Assembly (NCBI GenBank): GCA_963843375.1
Contig: CAWJKT010000004.1
Coordinates: 256,001-320,000 of the forward strand
Length of the DNA: 64,000 bases
Direction: 5' to 3'
Source: an uncultured Pseudomonadota bacterium
Lineage (GTDB): Bacteria > Oederibacteriota > Muellerivitia > Muellerivitales > Muellerivitaceae
The notes under the pieces were generated by a model. That model ran no database searches and was not told the origin of the DNA. It saw only the letters and a list, made by a program, of their open reading frames with translations. Below, in pieces: positions 60,438-64,000 of the stretch. Both the position numbers and the translations under genes were made by a program. The stretch's first letter is position 1. Every line of letters starts with the position of its first letter.

Positions 60438-62273
60438 TTAAGGGTGAAGCGCGGAATGGCCTGAAGCAAACTGGCGGCGGTACTTTGCGGGAGTAGTGTC
60501 ATGGTGCCTGCGAAAAAGCTTGATGAAGTGGGAAATCGATTTAAAACCGCATTCCCGGGCTACTTGGGTGACGGGTAGCGTTCCGAACCGAAGTAGCCGG
60601 GTAGCTTTTTCCATGCGCTTTTCCTGAAGATAAACCTCGAAACCTTTTCCAGTGACTCTTGGGAATGATCGACTGAAGGTTGCGGAAGAAAGGCCGGCCA
60701 TTTTGGCGAGGGTTTGTATCCTCAATGGGTGCTGGAAATTCTCATCGATATAAACCCGGACCTTTTCCAGATTCAAGTCATGGGACGCCAAACTCGGTTT
60801 CAAAAGATACTGTCGGAACCTCTCAAGTTCCTTTCGGAATATCTCAATCAACTCCGGAATGGTCCCGGCCGAATCCAGAGATAACCCCAAAGCGCTGAAC
60901 CAATCATCCGATTTGGGAAGCCCCCCTCCTTCCCTTTCGCAGAGGGTTTCCACCAATTGCATCAAACCGTAACGGAAATGAAGCCGTACCACCTGCGGGT
61001 TTTGGGAGGATTGGTAAATAACCTGGGCAACGAACCGATCGCGAAGGACCTCAACATTGAACCAATTGGAATAGCCAAGTATGCGGCATAGCTCCCGGAG
61101 AATCTCCTCCGGCCTTGATCGAAAAAGGGTGTGCTCGGCTTCTTCTTTTTTAAAATCGAAAAAGGCTGTTTCCTGCCCTTCCGTTTGGCCCCAATAAAGC
61201 GCAAGGTTGGCCTGTCGGTGGGATTCCTGCAAACTCGAACCCGAGGGCGCAGTGCCGCCCACGCCCACTGACATGGGAATTCCCATGTTTTTTTCCAGGA
61301 ACTTCTGGAGTTCCCTGGCGATTTTTTCCAAATAAAGGCGGTGCCTTCTCCGGGACCACTTGGGATCCACCGAGGTCACGAACAGCGCGCCGTAATCTCC
61401 CAATCGGCCTCCGACGGTTTCGGGTACGGATTGTCCCGCTTGGAAGGCTTTACGCCTCAACCGGTAAGCCGTCAGCATTTCCTCCACCGGGTCCACCGGC
61501 TGGGAAGAAACCCGTCTTGGCGCCATAACGATGACGGTCGTTGGAATTCGGTTGATCCCGATTTCCTCCTTTATCCATTGGTAATGGCCGATTTCCCTGA
61601 CCCAGGGGAGGGCGAAGGGAAAGGTGGGACGTCCGCAAACCCAGTCCAGGAAACAGCTATGGGGAAACAATTTCGAAAATGATTTCCGGAGGAGTTGCTG
61701 GAAGAAATGCCTGGCTTTTAACGGTTCATAGGGCCCCGTAAAAATTTCGGCTAGCATCTCCAGCGATTGACGGTAGGCTCCCAAGGCATGTCCTTCCAAT
61801 ACGGGAATTTCCAAGGCCACCCGGACGAATTCGTGATATTCGGGATCGGTGGAAACGGCCTTTCTTCCCGTCAGTTCCTTCCAGGAAAGTGCCAGACTCT
61901 GAGCATTTGCTTCCCGGAAGGCGAAGTTTCCCGATTGCAGCAAATCTCGGAAACGGCTGCCCCGTCTTATCGGCACGAACCAGTCTCCGAAACCCAAATA
62001 TTCGCCGTAGAAGGGCCGGCCCGATTCCAGGGCTTTTCCAATGCAGTCCTCAAAAAATTTCTTCCTTCGGGCGATCTGTCCGTGTTTTTTTTCCAAATCA
62101 AGAAGGGTCAGGGGCCTGCTGGGATAACGTAAACTTCTCCAAACCCATCCAGAAGAGCGGGCGGAAACCAAAAAACACCCGAGGTCCACGTAATACTGAA
62201 GGATGGAATGAAAGGTTTCGAAGGTCCTGAAAAACTCGAACCCTTCGGTTGAAACACGACGAATGGAGGACAA
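60438..62273 (-). CDS. AraC-family transcriptional regulator with PocR-like N-terminal sensor region
   Basis: C-terminal double HTH (LAKMAGLSSATFSRSF..RMEKA..LL...VARECGF.SISHFIKLFRR....TP.KYR) and N-terminal GF.DWFVPI......LQSG.F. Confidence 0.85.
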   Translation of the reverse strand: MSSIRRVSTEGFEFFRTFETFHSILQYYVDLGCFLVSARSSGWVWRSLRYPSRPLTLLDLEKKHGQIARRKKFFEDCIGKALESGRPFYGEYLGFGDWFVPIRRGSRFRDLLQSGNFAFREANAQSLALSWKELTGRKAVSTDPEYHEFVRVALEIPVLEGHALGAYRQSLEMLAEIFTGPYEPLKARHFFQQLLRKSFSKLFPHSCFLDWVCGRPTFPFALPWVREIGHYQWIKEEIGINRIPTTVIVMAPRRVSSQPVDPVEEMLTAYRLRRKAFQAGQSVPETVGGRLGDYGALFVTSVDPKWSRRRHRLYLEKIARELQKFLEKNMGIPMSVGVGGTAPSGSSLQESHRQANLALYWGQTEGQETAFFDFKKEEAEHTLFRSRPEEILRELCRILGYSNWFNVEVLRDRFVAQVIYQSSQNPQVVRLHFRYGLMQLVETLCEREGGGLPKSDDWFSALGLSLDSAGTIPELIEIFRKELERFRQYLLKPSLASHDLNLEKVRVYIDENFQHPLRIQTLAKMAGLSSATFSRSFPRVTGKGFEVYLQEKRMEKATRLLRFGTLPVTQVARECGFKSISHFIKLFRRHHDTTPAKYRRQFASGHSALHP

Positions 62274-63333
62274 GTTCCTGAACCTTTCGCTGGATCGCGA
62301 CCGGTATTTAAACGGTTTAAACCCACTTTTCCAACCCGTGGTGCCGGTGACAACCTAAACAACCTGAATTTGATAAACAATCGCTTTTTATTTCCCCGGC
62401 GGACAAAAAAAACAGGGGCCTTAAAGGCGATAAATTTTACGGGAAATATACACTTGGCATATCACTCAAAAATAAATCCCTCTCACCTTGCGAGAAAGGG
62501 TGGGACGAGGAGTGCCAAAAGGAGCAAAACCACCCTGATCCAATTTTCTCAAGGGAGAAGGTGATGACAAAAAGTAAATATTTTTCTGAAGGTACTATGT
62601 CCAAGAGATAGGTTCATAAAATAAATATCAGAATTTCAAATTTTACTTGGTAAAGTTTTGGATAAGAACAACCATCTTGGGAAAACCTTTTTCTTAAATT
62701 CCGTATTCGTCGTCTTGAAAATCAAAGACACCATAAAAATAAAAATTGCTGAGACAGTTTTGTCGCCGGGACTATCCTCGTGACCTTCGATGTCATAATT
62801 TTTTGGTATTGGGCGTTCTAAAATTAACAGTAGATATTTTTTATTGATCAATGGTTCATTTCAAATGGTAATCGTTTTAAAAATTAGCTGCACCAAATCC
62901 GGAATCCCATTTCGAATCATAACCTGTATCGATGCAAGTTAAGGCAGGAATGGAAATCGCGATTTGACACCAACTTTTTCAATCGCTAACATGGTAAATC
63001 GATTTTGGTGAGATTAAAAAGCAGGTAAGTGCCACATGTTGGAATCATTTATTATGTAAGGCACGGAAAGAAGGTGAGTGGCTTTTGAATTTCGACTTAA
63101 ACTGTTTACTCTTTGAACCCGCCAGAAAATATGATACGGTCAACATATTAATGAAATCAGCCCCCGAAACCTTGAAAATTGTTTCGAATGGAAAAATCAT
63201 TCGGAAAGCCAAAGGGCGATTCAATCTGCAAGGTGGGGATTGAAATTTTTATCATTTCCACTCATTTGAGCTTGGTTGAATGAAAAGAGGATCAACTGAG
63301 TGGATCAAGTCCATCAGGGAATAACTACAAATC

Positions 63334-63609
63334 ATGACCCACTTTGAGTCGGCCGTCCGTTGGCGTCCCTGGTCCATTGCGATCGTTCTGGCCATTTTCA
63401 TTTCTCTTTATACTTTGAATCAATTCGGCTTGTTTTTAATCAATAACACAACCTGGATCGGTTGCGGGGTTTTGGCTCTGGCCGTGGCTTGGAATATCTA
63501 TATGATAAAACTGGCCCGATCAAGGTCGAAGGTCGGCTGGAACGGAGAGATCGCGGACGGGTTGCTCATCACCGGGTTGATACTTGTGTTTTTTGGAGCA
63601 TTCTTTTAA
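63334..63609 (+). CDS. Small hypothetical membrane protein (about 3 TM helices)
   Basis: ATG-initiated 91-aa ORF with three hydrophobic segments. Confidence 0.6.
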   Translation: MTHFESAVRWRPWSIAIVLAIFISLYTLNQFGLFLINNTTWIGCGVLALAVAWNIYMIKLARSRSKVGWNGEIADGLLITGLILVFFGAFF

Positions 63610-63694
63610 CCTTCGGGTATTCCAGGCTTTTCAAGAGCTGACTCTATTTTTTTCACCCTTTTTATGTCCGTTTTAACTCTTAACAATCCCATCC

Positions 63695-63723
63695 GTAACA
63701 TTGACGAAACATTCAACCCACAT
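63695..63723 (+). promoter_or_regulatory. Pho-box-like tandem repeats with 11-bp period
   Basis: GTAACAT (63695), GAAACAT (63706) and CCCACAT (63717) upstream of the phosphate transporter. Confidence 0.45.
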
Positions 63724-63779
63724 AGTCCTCCCGCTATATCGGTTTTTATCTTAACCACCTTATTTATGGAGGTCTTACC

Positions 63780-64000
63780 GTGGAAGTATTCGGACAAATG
63801 CTGTCGTTGGGACATGTGGTATTCCTTTTGTTGGCGCTGGGGTTGGCATTATCCTTCGAATTCGTGAATGGGTTTCACGATACGGCCAATGCGGTGGCCA
63901 CCGTCATTTATACCCACGCTCTCAAACCCTGGATCGCGGTTGTCTGGTCAGGTTTGTGGAATCTGACCGGAGTTTTGACCTCCACAGGGATGGTGGCTTT
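63780..64000 (+). CDS. pit: Inorganic phosphate transporter, PiT family (3'-truncated; not in the ORF track)
   Basis: GTG at 63780 after GGAGG. Reads ..[23 protein letters not shown].., the PiT signature. Confidence 0.92.
   Translation, partial: MEVFGQMLSLGHVVFLLLALGLALSFEFVNGFHDTANAVATVIYTHALKPWIAVVWSGLWNLTGVLTSTGMVA

Noticed and set aside
62300..63330. ~1-kb AT-rich gap: short ORFs (62370-62564, 62636-62851) and a possible frameshifted ~35-aa membrane peptide at 62715-62821
   Set aside because: No RBS or homology evidence, and the peptide needs an assumed indel. No IS ends, tRNA or structured RNA recognised.
63664..63867. 67-aa Trp/Cys-rich ORF
   Set aside because: Out-of-frame overlap with the start of the pit gene.

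Overview
Bacterial chromosomal window from a probable diderm, since it encodes two outer-membrane beta-barrels. No rRNA, tRNA, CRISPR array or mobile element was seen. Positions 1-16.1 kb form a surface-structure locus: an apparently split PilX-like gene whose C-terminal half follows a new signal peptide and a Thr-rich stalk, a 1344-aa giant prepilin, a PilW-like prepilin, a ~2000-aa FN3-repeat protein with a T9SS/FlgD-like C-terminal domain (frameshifted in a G7 run), and a translationally coupled PorV/PorQ-like barrel fused to FN3 domains. Two more secreted Thr-rich proteins with the same C-terminal domain lie at 44.9 kb and 55.4-60.3 kb. Together these suggest a type IX-like sorting/export system next to a type IV pilus module in what does not look like a Bacteroidota genome. 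An FCPU426/Goldbacteria/Elusimicrobiota-like origin is my inference only. The rest is mostly metabolic: phhB, a class III cyclase, dedA, an ABC pair, gnd, a complete nuoA-N operon with two Rex/CRP-type palindromes upstream, a korAB-polyferredoxin-FNR-Sdh1-type cluster, a PocR-AraC regulator and the start of a Pit transporter with pho-box-like repeats. At least nine single-base frameshifts occur, most in respiratory genes, which points to an imperfectly polished assembly. All family assignments come from reading motifs by eye; no searches were run.
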